DNA of 64,000 nucleotides from sequence record DRR723986_4177; one strand, written 5' to 3'. Below the pieces are notes generated by a model that saw only the letters and a list, made by a program, of their open reading frames with translations, was not told the DNA's origin and made no database searches. Shown piece after piece: positions 28,913-40,098 of the stretch (position 1 is the stretch's first letter; each line of letters begins with the position of its first letter). Position numbers and translations under genes: made by a program.

Positions 28913-30169
28913 TTAGTCGCCCAAAATTGATTTCAAACGAGCAATTTCATCAGGATCCAACTTTAAGATTTCTTCCAGCACTTCCTGAGTATGTTCCCCC
29001 AATTTTGGGGGCGGCCGATTATAGACAACTGGTGTCTTCGAAAATTGCATCGGGCTTGCCACCAATGGCATCATTTCGCCGTTGCCGCGTTCAATGGTTT
29101 TTGACATACGGCGAGCAACAACCTGCTCGTTTTCAAACACCCGCTGCATACCATTAATTGGCCCACCCGGAACAGTATTCGCTTCCAACAATTCAACCCA
29201 TTCATCGGTGGTGCGGGTTAGCATAATTTCATTAAGTACCGGAATAAGCGTATCCCGGTTTGTCACCCGACTTGGGTTGGTCTTAAATCGATCATCGCCG
29301 GACAGGTCGCTTCGGCCAACCGCGGCGCAGAAGCGGGCAAACTGACCGTCATTACCAATGGCCAAAATCATATGGCCATCTTTGGTGGCAAAGGTTTGGT
29401 AGGGTACGATGCTGATATGCGCATTGCCCATGCGATTTGGCTCATTGCCTGAAATCAGATAGCCCAGCGCCTGATTGCCCATCACCGCCACCTGCGTGTC
29501 CAAAAGCGACATATCAATATGCTGGCCCTCGCCAGTTTGCTCCCGGTGGTGCAGTGCAGCCAAAATTCCAATCACACCGTAAAGCCCCGTGAACAGGTCG
29601 GCGGTAGCAATGCCGGTTTTTTGCGGGCCACCGCCGGGCATGTCGTCGCGCTCACCGGTTACGCTCATCATGCCGCCAAGGCCTTGCACCAAAAAGTCGT
29701 AACCGGGCCGGTCGCTATAGGGGCCGGATTGGCCAAATCCGGTGATAGAGCAATAAATAAGTTTCGGGTTCACCGCTGAAAGGCCCGCATAATCAAGGCC
29801 GTATTTTTTAAGGCCGCCCACCTTGAAATTCTCAACCACAATGTCGCATTCTGCTGCAATTTGGCGGATTAGCGCCTGGCCATCTCTTGTTGCCATATCA
29901 ATGGCGACCGAGCGCTTGTTGCGGTTAGCCGACATATAATAGGCGGCCATGGTTTCGCCGGGTGTCTTTGCGCTTTCAAAGAACGGGGGGCCCCAAGTGC
30001 GAGTATCGTCGCCGCTGCCGGGCTTTTCAATTTTGATGATGTCGGCGCCCAAGTCACCCAGTGTTTGGCTGGCCCAAGGCCCCGCGAGAACACGGCTAAG
30101 GTCAAGCACCCGAATACCAGCAAGCGGCCCACACCGCTTTACGGTTTGGTCTTTCGAGTGCTCAGACAC
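28913..30169 (-). CDS. CaiB/BaiF CoA-transferase (succinyl-CoA:glutarate CoA-transferase-like)
   Basis: DLSRVLAGP, GDDTRTWGPP, NRNKRS, PGYD; directly downstream of gcdH. Confidence 0.9.
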   Translation of the reverse strand: MSEHSKDQTVKRCGPLAGIRVLDLSRVLAGPWASQTLGDLGADIIKIEKPGSGDDTRTWGPPFFESAKTPGETMAAYYMSANRNKRSVAIDMATRDGQALIRQIAAECDIVVENFKVGGLKKYGLDYAGLSAVNPKLIYCSITGFGQSGPYSDRPGYDFLVQGLGGMMSVTGERDDMPGGGPQKTGIATADLFTGLYGVIGILAALHHREQTGEGQHIDMSLLDTQVAVMGNQALGYLISGNEPNRMGNAHISIVPYQTFATKDGHMILAIGNDGQFARFCAAVGRSDLSGDDRFKTNPSRVTNRDTLIPVLNEIMLTRTTDEWVELLEANTVPGGPINGMQRVFENEQVVARRMSKTIERGNGEMMPLVASPMQFSKTPVVYNRPPPKLGEHTQEVLEEILKLDPDEIARLKSILGD

Positions 30170-30171
30170 GC

Positions 30172-31350
30172 TTAAAAGAAAGCCTGCAGGCCTGTTTGCG
30201 CGCGGCCTAAAATAAGCGTGTGAATGTCATATGTGCCTTCATAGGTGTTCACTGTTTCCAGGTTAACCATATGGCGCATCACATGAAATTCGTCCGAGAT
30301 ACCGTTGCCGCCATGCATGTCACGCGACATGCGGGCAATGTCCAGTGCCTTACCGCAGCTGTTGCGCTTAATCATGGAGATATTTTCCGGTGCGGCACTG
30401 CCCTCGTCCAGCATACGACCCACGCGCAAGCAAGCTTGCAGCCCAAGGCTGATTTCAGTTTGCATATCGGTTAGCTTTTTCTGCACCAGTTGGGTTTGCG
30501 CCAACGGCTTGCCGAATTGTTGTCTGTCGAGGGTATATTGCCGCCCGGCATGCCAGCAAAACTCTGCCGCACCCAGCGCGCCCCACGCAATGCCAAAACG
30601 CGCCTTGTTGAGACAACCAAATGGCCCACCCAAGCCCGTTGCGTTCGGCAGTAGGTTTTCCTCCGGCACAAACACATTGTCCATAACAATCTCGCCGGTG
30701 ATCGACGCCCGCAACGACAGTTTGCCTTCAATCTTGGGCGTGCTGAAACCTTCCATGCCGCGTTCAAGGATAAAGCCGCGAATGATACCATCCAGCTTGG
30801 CCCACACTATTGCAATGTCAGCAATAGGGCTGTTAGTAATCCACATTTTATTGCCAGTCAGGCGGAAGCCGCCAGCAACGCTCTCGGCGCGGGTTAACAT
30901 GCCGCCAGGGTCAGAGCCATGGTCAGGCTCAGTCAAACCAAAGCAGCCGATAAACTCACCCGAAGCAAGCTTGGGCAGAAACTTCTGTTTTTGCTCTTCG
31001 CTGCCGTACGCATTGATGGGGTGCATCACCAATGACGACTGCACACTCATCGCCGACCGGTAGCCGCTATCAACCCGCTCTACTTCGCGGGCGATCAGGC
31101 CGTAGGCCACATGGTTAACACCAGCGCCGCCGTACTCTTCCGGAATGGTTGCCCCCAAAAGGCCAACGTCACCAAGCTCGGTCATAATATCACGGTCAAA
31201 CAGCTCATTGCGGTTTGCTTCAAGGATGCGCGGCATCAATTTCGACTGACAAAATTCATAAGCGCTGGCTTGAATAAGCCGCTCTTCTTCTGTGAGTTGC
31301 TCGTTCAGGAGAAACGGGTCTTCCCAGTTAAATTTGGCATAGCCAGCCAT
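30172..31350 (-). CDS. gcdH: Glutaryl-CoA dehydrogenase
   Basis: [47 protein letters not shown]. Confidence 0.93.
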   Translation of the reverse strand: MAGYAKFNWEDPFLLNEQLTEEERLIQASAYEFCQSKLMPRILEANRNELFDRDIMTELGDVGLLGATIPEEYGGAGVNHVAYGLIAREVERVDSGYRSAMSVQSSLVMHPINAYGSEEQKQKFLPKLASGEFIGCFGLTEPDHGSDPGGMLTRAESVAGGFRLTGNKMWITNSPIADIAIVWAKLDGIIRGFILERGMEGFSTPKIEGKLSLRASITGEIVMDNVFVPEENLLPNATGLGGPFGCLNKARFGIAWGALGAAEFCWHAGRQYTLDRQQFGKPLAQTQLVQKKLTDMQTEISLGLQACLRVGRMLDEGSAAPENISMIKRNSCGKALDIARMSRDMHGGNGISDEFHVMRHMVNLETVNTYEGTYDIHTLILGRAQTGLQAFF

Positions 31351-31432
31351 GACGATGTGCCCTTCTTATTACACGTGAATAGTTGCCCGCATGTATATCG
31401 CATCTTATGGGCAAAGCCATCAAAAACCCCAC

Positions 31433-31458
31433 AAAAAAAAGCCATACAATTGCAGGCT
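31433..31458 (-). terminator. Intrinsic terminator after rimK operon
   Basis: Minus strand imperfect stem AGCCTGCA...TGTATGGCT running into a T tract. Confidence 0.55.
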
Positions 31459-31502
31459 CCGTTCGTTTAACCTGCAACTATTGTTGGTCCGGCGCTGGCC
31501 GA

Positions 31503-32546
31503 TCAGATAATTTCGTCTTCGTCAAACAAAGGCTCAGCATCCAGTTGGTCCATCTGACTTTCGATTTTATCTTCAGATGTGTTGGTCTGGCGATGTTTCG
31601 CAATATGGAAAAGGGCATCCCCTTCGTTCACAACAGGCATGTTTGCACGCCCAATGATGAGACCACCGCTTCTGGTAACCACGTCGGTTTCCACCTCCCC
31701 GAACGGATCAGCAACAACACCAACCACATCGCCCTCGCTGACTTCTTCACCCGTGGTTCTATATGTTCTAAGCAGTCCACCGGCGGGGGCGCGTAACCAA
31801 TAGCTTGATGTGGACAAAATAGATGGCGTTTTTAACTTGGGCACACCTTTTGAGGAAATCATGCCCAACTGATTCATTACCCGTAAAATACCGCTAACCC
31901 CGGCCCGCACGGCAAATTCATCAAACCTAAGGCCTTCACCAGCTTCATACAAAAGTATATCCACGCCTTCTTCTTGGGCCGCATGACGGAGCGAGCCCTC
32001 TCGTATTTTAGACGTCATGATGAGCGGTGCACCAAATATTTTTGCCAGTTCCATTGTCTCTGGCTTGGAGGGTGATACCCGAATTTGGGGCAGATTGGTT
32101 CGGTGGATGGCTGCTGAATGCAGGTCAATGCCGACATCTGCTTTCTTGACAATTTCATGCATGAATAAATTGGCAAGACGTGACGCCAATGGCCCTTTTG
32201 GACTGCCTGGAAAACACCGGTTCAGATCACGCCTGTCTGGCAAATAACGCGAATGATTTATAAACCCAAGCGAATTCACAATAGGAATAACCAACAACGT
32301 GCCAGCCAACGTATTCAAATTTTTTGCGCGCAACAAACGCCGCACAATTTCAACGCCTATAATTTCATCGCCGTGAATTGCAGCACTGACAAACATGGTT
32401 GGCCCCGGCCGTTTGCCGTGGACAACATGCACCGACAAAGTAACCGGCGTATGGTCAGATGTAACACTGACAGGTAAGTTGATAGTTTTGCGGGTTCCGG
32501 GCTTAATCTCATGATCGCCCAGCACAAACGGCTCCCTGTTTGACAT
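31503..32546 (-). CDS. Succinylglutamate desuccinylase/aspartoacylase family deacylase
   Basis: AIHGDE, RDLNRCFPG, IDLHS, YEAGE. Confidence 0.9.
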   Translation of the reverse strand: MSNREPFVLGDHEIKPGTRKTINLPVSVTSDHTPVTLSVHVVHGKRPGPTMFVSAAIHGDEIIGVEIVRRLLRAKNLNTLAGTLLVIPIVNSLGFINHSRYLPDRRDLNRCFPGSPKGPLASRLANLFMHEIVKKADVGIDLHSAAIHRTNLPQIRVSPSKPETMELAKIFGAPLIMTSKIREGSLRHAAQEEGVDILLYEAGEGLRFDEFAVRAGVSGILRVMNQLGMISSKGVPKLKTPSILSTSSYWLRAPAGGLLRTYRTTGEEVSEGDVVGVVADPFGEVETDVVTRSGGLIIGRANMPVVNEGDALFHIAKHRQTNTSEDKIESQMDQLDAEPLFDEDEII

Positions 32547-32547
32547 A

Positions 32548-33453
32548 TTACCCTTTACCTATCGTTTTGGTTTTTCCTGGTTTTGCCTTCTTCTCGATCA
32601 GCTCAATTATTTTCCCCGCAATATCAATACCTGTTGCCTTTTCAATGCCTTCCAGGCCGGGAGAGGAGTTTACCTCCATAACAACAGGGCCGTGGTTAGA
32701 ACGCAGCAAATCAACACCGCACACATTCAAACCCATTGCCTTTGCACTGCGAACGGCAGTTGCCCGCTCCTCCGGGGATATTTTCACCTGAACGGCACTG
32801 CCCCCGCGGTGAAGGTTGGAGCGAAAATCACCGTCGGCACCCGTGCGCTTCATCGCTGCCATAACCTTCCCGCCGACGACAAGAACGCGAATATCGGAAC
32901 CACCAGCTTCCTTGATAAACTCTTGCACCAGAATATTGACGTTGGCACCTCGGAAAGCCTCAACAACAGATTTGGCTGAGCGGTCCGTATCTGCCAGAAC
33001 AACACCAATACCCTGTGTACCCTCCAGCAGTTTAATTACCAGCGGAGCACCACCCGCTTGCCGGATAACTTCTTCAGTTTGCTTTGGGTCATGCGCAAAG
33101 GTAGTTACCGGCAGGCCCACACCTTCTCGCGATAAAACCTGCAGGGAACGCAGTTTGTCGCGCGAACGACCAATCGCCACACTTTCATTGAGCGGATAAA
33201 CACCCATCATTTCAAATTGTCGCAACACCGCCAGCCCGTAAAATGTTATCGACGCGCCGATACGCGGAATAACAGCATCGTATTTGGGCAGCTTTTCACC
33301 ACGGTAGTATATGGATGGCCGCCGGGAGGCGATGTTAATGTAGCACTGCAACGTGTTAATCATGTCTAGCTGATGGCCGCGCTCCTCAGCTGCTTCAAGG
33401 AGCCTTTTATGTGAATAAAGGTTGTGATTACGGGCGAGCATCGCGATTTTCAT
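32548..33453 (-). CDS. rimK: RimK ATP-grasp alpha-L-glutamate ligase
   Basis: [50 protein letters not shown]. Confidence 0.96.
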   Translation of the reverse strand: MKIAMLARNHNLYSHKRLLEAAEERGHQLDMINTLQCYINIASRRPSIYYRGEKLPKYDAVIPRIGASITFYGLAVLRQFEMMGVYPLNESVAIGRSRDKLRSLQVLSREGVGLPVTTFAHDPKQTEEVIRQAGGAPLVIKLLEGTQGIGVVLADTDRSAKSVVEAFRGANVNILVQEFIKEAGGSDIRVLVVGGKVMAAMKRTGADGDFRSNLHRGGSAVQVKISPEERATAVRSAKAMGLNVCGVDLLRSNHGPVVMEVNSSPGLEGIEKATGIDIAGKIIELIEKKAKPGKTKTIGKG

Positions 33454-33539
33454 GATTTTTTCCTTGTCTGGTTGGTTTTAACTATAACCGGGAACATCGA
33501 AGAGAGACCAGAGGCACATAGAAGAACTATATGCCTATG

Positions 33540-33980
33540 TCAGCCCACATCATCCGAGGCAAAAAGAAACGTTTTTGACGGGTCTACCAGAATACGGTCT
33601 CCCATTCCCTCGCGCCCCAACAACATAAGATAGCTCATATCGGACCGATCTGTCAGGGTTATTTCGATTGGCCAGGAATTCTGCCCCAATTGAAACAACG
33701 TAATGATGACATAGCGTTTCTCGGAGCGCCCATTGGACGACTTAATGCTCCTCAAATCGCTCAGGGCTGCCTCGCAGTTGATGACGGTTTCAACATGATA
33801 AATATCCGGATGGAGATCAAACTTGACCCAAGGCTTGCCGTTTTTCTTTACTTTCTTCAGGTTATCAACGTGAAGCGAGGATGTTTTAGCACCGGTATCG
33901 ACCCGGACTTGCAGGTCTTCGATGCCTAATTCAGGCAAACTGCATGTTTCCAAACATCCGACTATTAGCTTTTTGGTCAA
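33540..33980 (-). CDS. RimK-associated retropepsin-like protease (RimB / 'ATP-dependent Zn protease' family)
   Basis: RVDTGAKTSSLH, KSSNG, LTDR, MLLGRE. Confidence 0.88.
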   Translation of the reverse strand: MTKKLIVGCLETCSLPELGIEDLQVRVDTGAKTSSLHVDNLKKVKKNGKPWVKFDLHPDIYHVETVINCEAALSDLRSIKSSNGRSEKRYVIITLFQLGQNSWPIEITLTDRSDMSYLMLLGREGMGDRILVDPSKTFLFASDDVG

Positions 33981-34098
33981 GGCGTTTACCTTTGTTTTTT
34001 CGCTTCGTTAAAAATGATGAAGCCTAGCATAACCACAATGACAAGGGTTGGGCTATGTAAACATTACTAGCAATAAAATACAGGGAAGCGAACCACAT

Positions 34099-34132
34099 AA
34101 AAAAGGCCGGTAACAATAAGTGTAACCGGCCT
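34099..34132 (-). terminator. Intrinsic terminator after M13 peptidase
   Basis: GGCCGGT...ACCGGCC stem with T6 on the minus strand. Confidence 0.7.
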
Positions 34133-34157
34133 CTTGTTCATTTAAATTGGAACAAAC

Positions 34158-36245
34158 CTACCAAATGGAAATACGCTCCTCAGGTGGCAGATACAAGGCG
34201 TCCTCTTCGGTTACACCAAAGGCCTCGTACCATTCGTCCATATTACGCACCACACCGTTTACACGGAATTCTCCCGGTGAGTGTGGGTCAGCTTTAAGCA
34301 GGCTTATAAGGGCAGCATCGCGGGTTTTACGTTTCCAAACCTGCGCCCACGCAAGGAAGAACCTTTGGTCTCCAGTAAGGCCGTCAATAACAGGGGCTTC
34401 CTTGCCGCCAAGCGACAGCTTGTAAGCATGGTAAGCCATCGATAGTCCGCCAAGATCACCAATGTTTTCGCCGAGCGTGAAGCGGCCATCAACAAAGTTG
34501 CCAGGCACCGGCTCAAACTTATCATACTGCGCCGCGAGGGCATCGGTTTTCACATCGAAGTTAGCCCGGTCTTCATCGGTCCACCAATTGCGCTGAATGC
34601 CTTTGCCATCAGACTTGGAGCCCTGATCATCAAAGCCATGACCCATTTCGTGGCCGATCACTGCACCGATGCCGCCGTAGTTAACAGCCGGGTCGGCATT
34701 GGGGTCAAAGAATGGCGGTTGAAGGATTGCTGCCGGGAAAACAATTTCGTTAAACTGCGCATTGTAATAGGCGTTAACGGTTTGCGGCGTCATACCCCAA
34801 CGCTCGCGGTCGCTTGGTCGTTTTAACCGCGCGGCGGCATCCGCCTGGTTAAAGGCCCGCACATTGCGCGCGCTGGCAAATAAATCCCCTTCAACGATTT
34901 CAATACCAGACCGGTCCCGCCATACGTCTGGGTAGGCAATTTTAGGCCGGAAGGCTGCCAATTTTGCTTTGGCCTGCACTTTGGTTTCCGCGCCCATCCA
35001 GTCAAGGCCGTCAATGCGAACGTCCATGGCTGCACGCAGGTTCTCAACAAGCTCAACCATTTGGGTTTTTGCTTCAGGCGGAAAATAACGGTCTACATAA
35101 ATTTGCCCAATAGCGTCACCCAGTGCGTTGCGGGCGCCCACTCGCTGCACGCCGCGCTCCCAGCGCTCGCGCTGTTCTTTCTGGCCGCGCAGTTTCCGGC
35201 TATAGAAATCAAAGTTTGCACTGTCTATTTCTTCAGACAATACACCGGCATTGTTAGAAATGACATGATAGCTAAGGTAAGCCTTCCAATCATCTAATGA
35301 CGTTGAATTAACGATACCAATGGCTGCTGCAACTGGTTCGGGGTGTGACACATTCACATCTTCCAAATCAGAGACACCGCCTTCAGCAAGCATGCTGTCC
35401 CAATCAAAACCGCTATATTCAGCCTTGAAGTCCGCATAGCTCATAGGGTTGTATATTTTATCGCGGTCGCGGCGATCAGAGCGCGGCCATTGCTGCTCGG
35501 CAAGACGTGTCTCCAACGCCAAAATAGCAGCCGCCTTTTCCTCTGCGCCCTCTATGCCCGCAAAGCCCAGCATTTGGGCTATATGGGCCACATAGTCAGC
35601 ACGAACACTTGTGAAGCGTTCTGTGTCTTCCAAATAATAATCACGGTCGGGCAAGCCCAAACCACCAAGGCCAATGTTCAACACCGTACGGTCTGGGTTA
35701 CCGCGATTAAGACCAACATTAAGCGTTATTGGTGCCTCGCTACCATCTAGGCTTTCCCGGCCAAAAGCACGCACCAAATCATCCATTGTTTCAATGGCGG
35801 CGATACTGTCCAGTGTTGGCTGAAGCGGTGTAATGCCGAGGGCATTGATGGTTTCAACATCCATATAGGCATTGTAATAGGCGCTGATGCTATGCTCTAG
35901 CGAGCCCGGTTCAAACGTGCCTGCCGCCATTTCATCAATAATGTCTTTTACCCGGTCGCGAGAGCGATCTGCCAGCACATTAAACGCACCATAGCCTGTG
36001 CGCGACGCAGGAATTTCAAAGGTATCAAGCCATGTACCATTGGCGGCTACAAAGAAGTTATCACCCGGCTTCACGGATGGTTTGGCGGCGGTCATGTCAA
36101 CGCCCCAAGTACCAAGCTCTGGCTTGCCCATTGCTTCTGCTACTTCGGTGGCAGCATCTTGGTCATTGCTTGCTCGCTGATTATCCGAGCAGGCCGCGAC
36201 CATAAGGGCCGCAACGGCAACAGATGTCTTCAGGAAAAATTTCAT
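34158..36245 (-). CDS. M13 (PepO/neprilysin) metallopeptidase, lipoprotein
   Basis: Lipobox VAAC; VNAYY, HEMGHGFDDQG, GENIGD, DPHSP. Confidence 0.93.
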   Translation of the reverse strand: MKFFLKTSVAVAALMVAACSDNQRASNDQDAATEVAEAMGKPELGTWGVDMTAAKPSVKPGDNFFVAANGTWLDTFEIPASRTGYGAFNVLADRSRDRVKDIIDEMAAGTFEPGSLEHSISAYYNAYMDVETINALGITPLQPTLDSIAAIETMDDLVRAFGRESLDGSEAPITLNVGLNRGNPDRTVLNIGLGGLGLPDRDYYLEDTERFTSVRADYVAHIAQMLGFAGIEGAEEKAAAILALETRLAEQQWPRSDRRDRDKIYNPMSYADFKAEYSGFDWDSMLAEGGVSDLEDVNVSHPEPVAAAIGIVNSTSLDDWKAYLSYHVISNNAGVLSEEIDSANFDFYSRKLRGQKEQRERWERGVQRVGARNALGDAIGQIYVDRYFPPEAKTQMVELVENLRAAMDVRIDGLDWMGAETKVQAKAKLAAFRPKIAYPDVWRDRSGIEIVEGDLFASARNVRAFNQADAAARLKRPSDRERWGMTPQTVNAYYNAQFNEIVFPAAILQPPFFDPNADPAVNYGGIGAVIGHEMGHGFDDQGSKSDGKGIQRNWWTDEDRANFDVKTDALAAQYDKFEPVPGNFVDGRFTLGENIGDLGGLSMAYHAYKLSLGGKEAPVIDGLTGDQRFFLAWAQVWKRKTRDAALISLLKADPHSPGEFRVNGVVRNMDEWYEAFGVTEEDALYLPPEERISIW

Positions 36246-36424
36246 CGATCCCCTCCAATTATATAAGTCTACTGGGCGCCGCATTCATTGCGTCGCCTCA
36301 AGCGCGTATCGCCAGCCTGACTTAACGCGCCGCACGGCACGGTATAATAACCGGGCTACGAGTCAACAGAACTGAGGGAAAATGAAGAGAATTGGGGTCA
36401 AATTGATGTGATCTAATACTAAAG

Positions 36425-36461
36425 TTTAGCGGACGCCATCATATAGACGACGCCCGCTAAA
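36425..36461 (-). terminator. Stem-loop downstream of mscS
   Basis: 16-bp stem with three G-U pairs that form only on the minus (mRNA) strand. Confidence 0.6.
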
Positions 36462-36476
36462 CCTCAGAGATATCAA

Positions 36477-37310
36477 TTAAACCGACGCGTTGTGGTTATA
36501 AACCGTCCGCGTTGGGTAAGGAATGTTAACGCCTTTGGCGTCAAAGTCTTCTTTCACGGCTTTCAGAAGCGCCCAATTCAGCGCCCAATAGTCACCAGAC
36601 GCGCACCAAACACGAATCATGATATTCACAGAACTATCTCCAAGTTCGGTTACCGCAACCAGTGGCTCCGGATCAGCCAAGCAACGATCGTCTGCAGCGA
36701 TGATGTCCGAAATCACTTTCATTGCCTTATCAATATCGTCGTCATAGCCAATGCCAAACACGATCTGAAGGCGGCGTGTGTCGTGGTAATTATAGTTCGA
36801 AATAGAGCTACCCCAGACAGACCCATTCGGAATCATGATACGCACATTGTCGCCCGTATCCAGCATGGTTGTGAACAGCGAGATAGCTTTCACCACACCA
36901 GATTCGCCGCCAACCTGAACAAACTGCCCCACTTTGAACGGGCGGAAGACCAACAGCATTACACCGGCGGCCAAGTTAGACAAAGTGCCCTGCAGGGCCA
37001 AGCCAATAGCCAAACCTGCGGCACCCAAAAGGGCAACAACGCTGGTGGTTTCAACACCGAACTGATCCAGAAGTGCAATACCAGTGAAGATGATGACAAC
37101 ATATTTGCCTAAGCTCGCGAGGAATGAGCCGACAGTGACATCAATTTTACCGCTTTTAGCGAAAAGTTTGGTCAAACGGCGTTCAACAAAACCGGCAAGC
37201 CACAAACCAATGACCAGAACCGCCAATGCGCCGAGAATAAGCAAACCGACGTCAATGCCCTGCGCCATCAGCGCATCCATATCGATCGATTCATTATTGA
37301 AAATATCCAT
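36477..37310 (-). CDS. mscS: Small-conductance mechanosensitive channel
   Basis: GAAGLAIGLALQGTLSNLAAG, RPFKVG, IPNG, IPYP. Confidence 0.92.
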   Translation of the reverse strand: MDIFNNESIDMDALMAQGIDVGLLILGALAVLVIGLWLAGFVERRLTKLFAKSGKIDVTVGSFLASLGKYVVIIFTGIALLDQFGVETTSVVALLGAAGLAIGLALQGTLSNLAAGVMLLVFRPFKVGQFVQVGGESGVVKAISLFTTMLDTGDNVRIMIPNGSVWGSSISNYNYHDTRRLQIVFGIGYDDDIDKAMKVISDIIAADDRCLADPEPLVAVTELGDSSVNIMIRVWCASGDYWALNWALLKAVKEDFDAKGVNIPYPTRTVYNHNASV

Positions 37311-37483
37311 TAAATAACTCCCTAACTACAACCCCGAGTTTCTATTATGCCGATCTTTCAAAAATGTCCAACCCAAACTGGCACCATTAACTGTAGTTTT
37401 GCGTGCATATCACGGATACAGGTTTTGATTTTTGACCGCAAAGCCCTACATTCTGTTTTCAACCATACATGCGGGAGAGCGAC

Positions 37484-38566
37484 ATGGCAGCGGCAGAGTT
37501 ATTGATCAACAAATCGGATATCAGCAAAACACGGTTTAATGCAGCGTGTCCGGCGGCAGACCAAGCATTAGAGGCTGGTGAAATTCGTTTTGAGCTGGAA
37601 CGGTTTGCTTTCACTGCCAACAACATAACTTATGCCGCATTTGGTGAAGCCATGAAATACTGGAATTTCTTCCCCGGCCGCGACGGGCACGGTTTTGTCC
37701 CCATATGGGGTTTTGCTGTTGTCACCGAAAGTGCTGCTGACGGTGTTACCGTGGGCGATAAATATTATGGGTATTTCCCCATGGCGAGCCATTTGATTGT
37801 GTCGCCCGCGAAAAACAGCCCCGCCGGTTTTTTTGACTGTAAAGAACACCGCGCTGAGTTAAGCCCCGTTTATAATTACTACACGCGCTGCGCCGGTGAC
37901 CCCAGCTACAGCAAGGCCCTTGAAGAAATTCAAATGCTGTTCAAGCCACTATTCACCACATCTTTCTTGATTGACGACTTTCTGGCGGACAATGACTTTT
38001 ACGGCGCGGCGCAAGTGATTTTGTCCAGCGCTTCATCAAAAACTGCTTACGGTTTGGCGTTTCAATTGGCCAAACGCGACGGCATTAAAACCATTGGTCT
38101 GACATCACCGGGCAATGTGGACTTTGTGAATAGCACAGGGCTGTATGATGAAGCCGTTGCCTACGGCGACATCACCGCCATTGATAATACCATACCGACA
38201 GTGTTTGTTGACATGGCCGGTAACGGAGAGGTGCGCGCAACTCTGCACGGCCATTTTGATACTATGCTGAAATATAGCTGTTCAGTGGGCGCCACCAATT
38301 GGGACCAGATGGGCAGCAACAAAGAGCTGGCCGGGCCAGCCCCCCAGTTATTTTTCGCGCCTTCTCAAGCCCAGAAACGCTCGGCTGAATGGGGCGCAGC
38401 GGGCTTGCAAGAGCGAATTGGCGGTTCCTGGGTTGATTTTGTTGCCCGTGCCAATGACTGGGTAGAAGTGGTGGAAGAAAGCGGTGAAGCCGCTATCACC
38501 GACATTTACCTGAGCACGCTAAAAGGCACAGCCAGCCCGAAAAAAGGCTATATCCTGTCGTTTTAA
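37484..38566 (+). CDS. DUF2855 family protein
   Basis: FTANNITYA, YWNFFP, PLFTTSFL, SSASSKTA, VGATNW, FFAP. Confidence 0.82.
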   Translation: MAAAELLINKSDISKTRFNAACPAADQALEAGEIRFELERFAFTANNITYAAFGEAMKYWNFFPGRDGHGFVPIWGFAVVTESAADGVTVGDKYYGYFPMASHLIVSPAKNSPAGFFDCKEHRAELSPVYNYYTRCAGDPSYSKALEEIQMLFKPLFTTSFLIDDFLADNDFYGAAQVILSSASSKTAYGLAFQLAKRDGIKTIGLTSPGNVDFVNSTGLYDEAVAYGDITAIDNTIPTVFVDMAGNGEVRATLHGHFDTMLKYSCSVGATNWDQMGSNKELAGPAPQLFFAPSQAQKRSAEWGAAGLQERIGGSWVDFVARANDWVEVVEESGEAAITDIYLSTLKGTASPKKGYILSF

Positions 38567-38604
38567 CAACGCCTTTTATAGATTAAACTTATTGCGCGGT
38601 TGGC

Positions 38605-39210
38605 CTATTGAGCCGTCGGTAAGGACCAGCCGCGTTTAATGCCGCCTGCTCGCGCCAGAAATGCGCCGCCCATGGCAAGCCAGATTACAATTTCCTCCGG
38701 CACGGCCAGATATGTCAGGCCGCAAAAAGTACCGGCACCAATGAAGGCAGCGGTGGCGTAAATCTCGCCTCGGCGCATAACAATGGGTATTTCGTTACAG
38801 ATAACATCGCGGATGATACCGCCTGCAACGCCCGTCACCACACCCATAATAACCGCCACCAGCATACTGCCAGACACCTCCAGCGCCTTCTCTGCGCCCA
38901 CCACACAAAATAGCGACAGCCCCACCGCATCGGCCCAGGTGAGAAATTTCAACCGGCTTTCGATGAAGCGCGCAAAAAAGAACGATGCACCCGCTGCGAT
39001 TAGCGCGACCCATATAGGCAGGGTATTATCAATCCAGAAAACAGGTTGCCCAAGCGTGAGATCGCGGATGGTGCCGCCACCAATCGCAGGCATAAGGGCA
39101 AGAACCGCAACGCCGAACATGTCCATGCTTTTACGCACAGCCGCAAGCGCACCACTGACCGCAAAAACAAAAATGCCGGCCATATCCAAGAAAAAAATTA
39201 AAGGTTCCAT
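38605..39210 (-). CDS. UPF0126 / trimeric intracellular cation channel family membrane protein (YadS-like)
   Basis: FAVSGA, GGGTIRD, DAVGL, GGIIRD duplicated halves. Confidence 0.88.
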   Translation of the reverse strand: MEPLIFFLDMAGIFVFAVSGALAAVRKSMDMFGVAVLALMPAIGGGTIRDLTLGQPVFWIDNTLPIWVALIAAGASFFFARFIESRLKFLTWADAVGLSLFCVVGAEKALEVSGSMLVAVIMGVVTGVAGGIIRDVICNEIPIVMRRGEIYATAAFIGAGTFCGLTYLAVPEEIVIWLAMGGAFLARAGGIKRGWSLPTAQ

Positions 39211-39285
39211 TGGTTGCTTTCTATGAATGACGCGCGGCCGCTTGGCTGGTTGTTAGAACTATGTAGCATATCACATACTCAGTAA

Positions 39286-40098
39286 CTACAAGCCCGGCAG
39301 GCTTTTAGGAACCAGATATCGGTCTTTGCCATTTTCCCACCGGGCAACCTGAATGTGAAAAACATCATGGAGTATCTTATCGGTCAAAACATCAACGGGC
39401 GGGCCGTCAGCCACCAGCTTACCTCCGTCAAGCACCAGCAAACGGTCGCAGTAATGCTGCGCCAAATTCAGGTCATGCAGCACCACCACACCGCCGTGAT
39501 CGTCGTCAATCTGATCGCGCAGCAGTGCCATCATTTCCAGTTGGTAATGCGGGTCTAGCGATGCTGCAGGCTCATCCGCAAACAAATAGGGCGCATCTGC
39601 CGCCAGCGCCCGCGCCAGCATAACTCGCGCCCTCTCCCCGCCTGACAGGCTGGTGACTGTGCGGTCACGAAAAGCTTCAATGCCTGTTTTGTCAATCGCA
39701 ATTTGAATTTGCAGATAGTCCGCATCAGACATGGACTGCCACGGATTATTATGTGGCACACGGCCCAGTTCAACTATACTTTGCACCGTTAGGGGCCAGT
39801 GCAGCGGCCCACCCTGCGCCAAATAGGCAAACATGCGTGCTCGTTCTTTAACTGACAGAGACGCTAGCGATTGGGAGCCCATCGTCATCTCACCGGCGGT
39901 TACTGGCACAAGCCCCAAAAGCGCGCGCAACAATGTGGTTTTACCAGCCCCGTTAGGACCAACAAGCCCGACAAGTTCCCCCGCATGCAAGGTTAGATCA
40001 ACACCGTCTAATACCGGCTTATCCCCGTAATAAACGGACAAATTGCGCGCCGTAATATCCAGCGCAGAACCAACAGTATTTTGCACGGGGCTACTCAT
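39286..40098 (-). CDS. Cobalamin/iron-chelate ABC transporter ATPase
   Basis: GPNGAGKTT, LSGGE, DEP, VLHDLNLA; ATGA overlap with the permease. Confidence 0.9.
   Translation of the reverse strand: MSSPVQNTVGSALDITARNLSVYYGDKPVLDGVDLTLHAGELVGLVGPNGAGKTTLLRALLGLVPVTAGEMTMGSQSLASLSVKERARMFAYLAQGGPLHWPLTVQSIVELGRVPHNNPWQSMSDADYLQIQIAIDKTGIEAFRDRTVTSLSGGERARVMLARALAADAPYLFADEPAASLDPHYQLEMMALLRDQIDDDHGGVVVLHDLNLAQHYCDRLLVLDGGKLVADGPPVDVLTDKILHDVFHIQVARWENGKDRYLVPKSLPGL

Noticed and set aside
30305-31063. Long antisense ORFs (also 36492-37112, 50217-50942, 52345-53007)
   Set aside because: Shadows of well-supported genes caused by codon bias; the Pro/Ser-rich one mirrors the RTX Gly/Asp repeats
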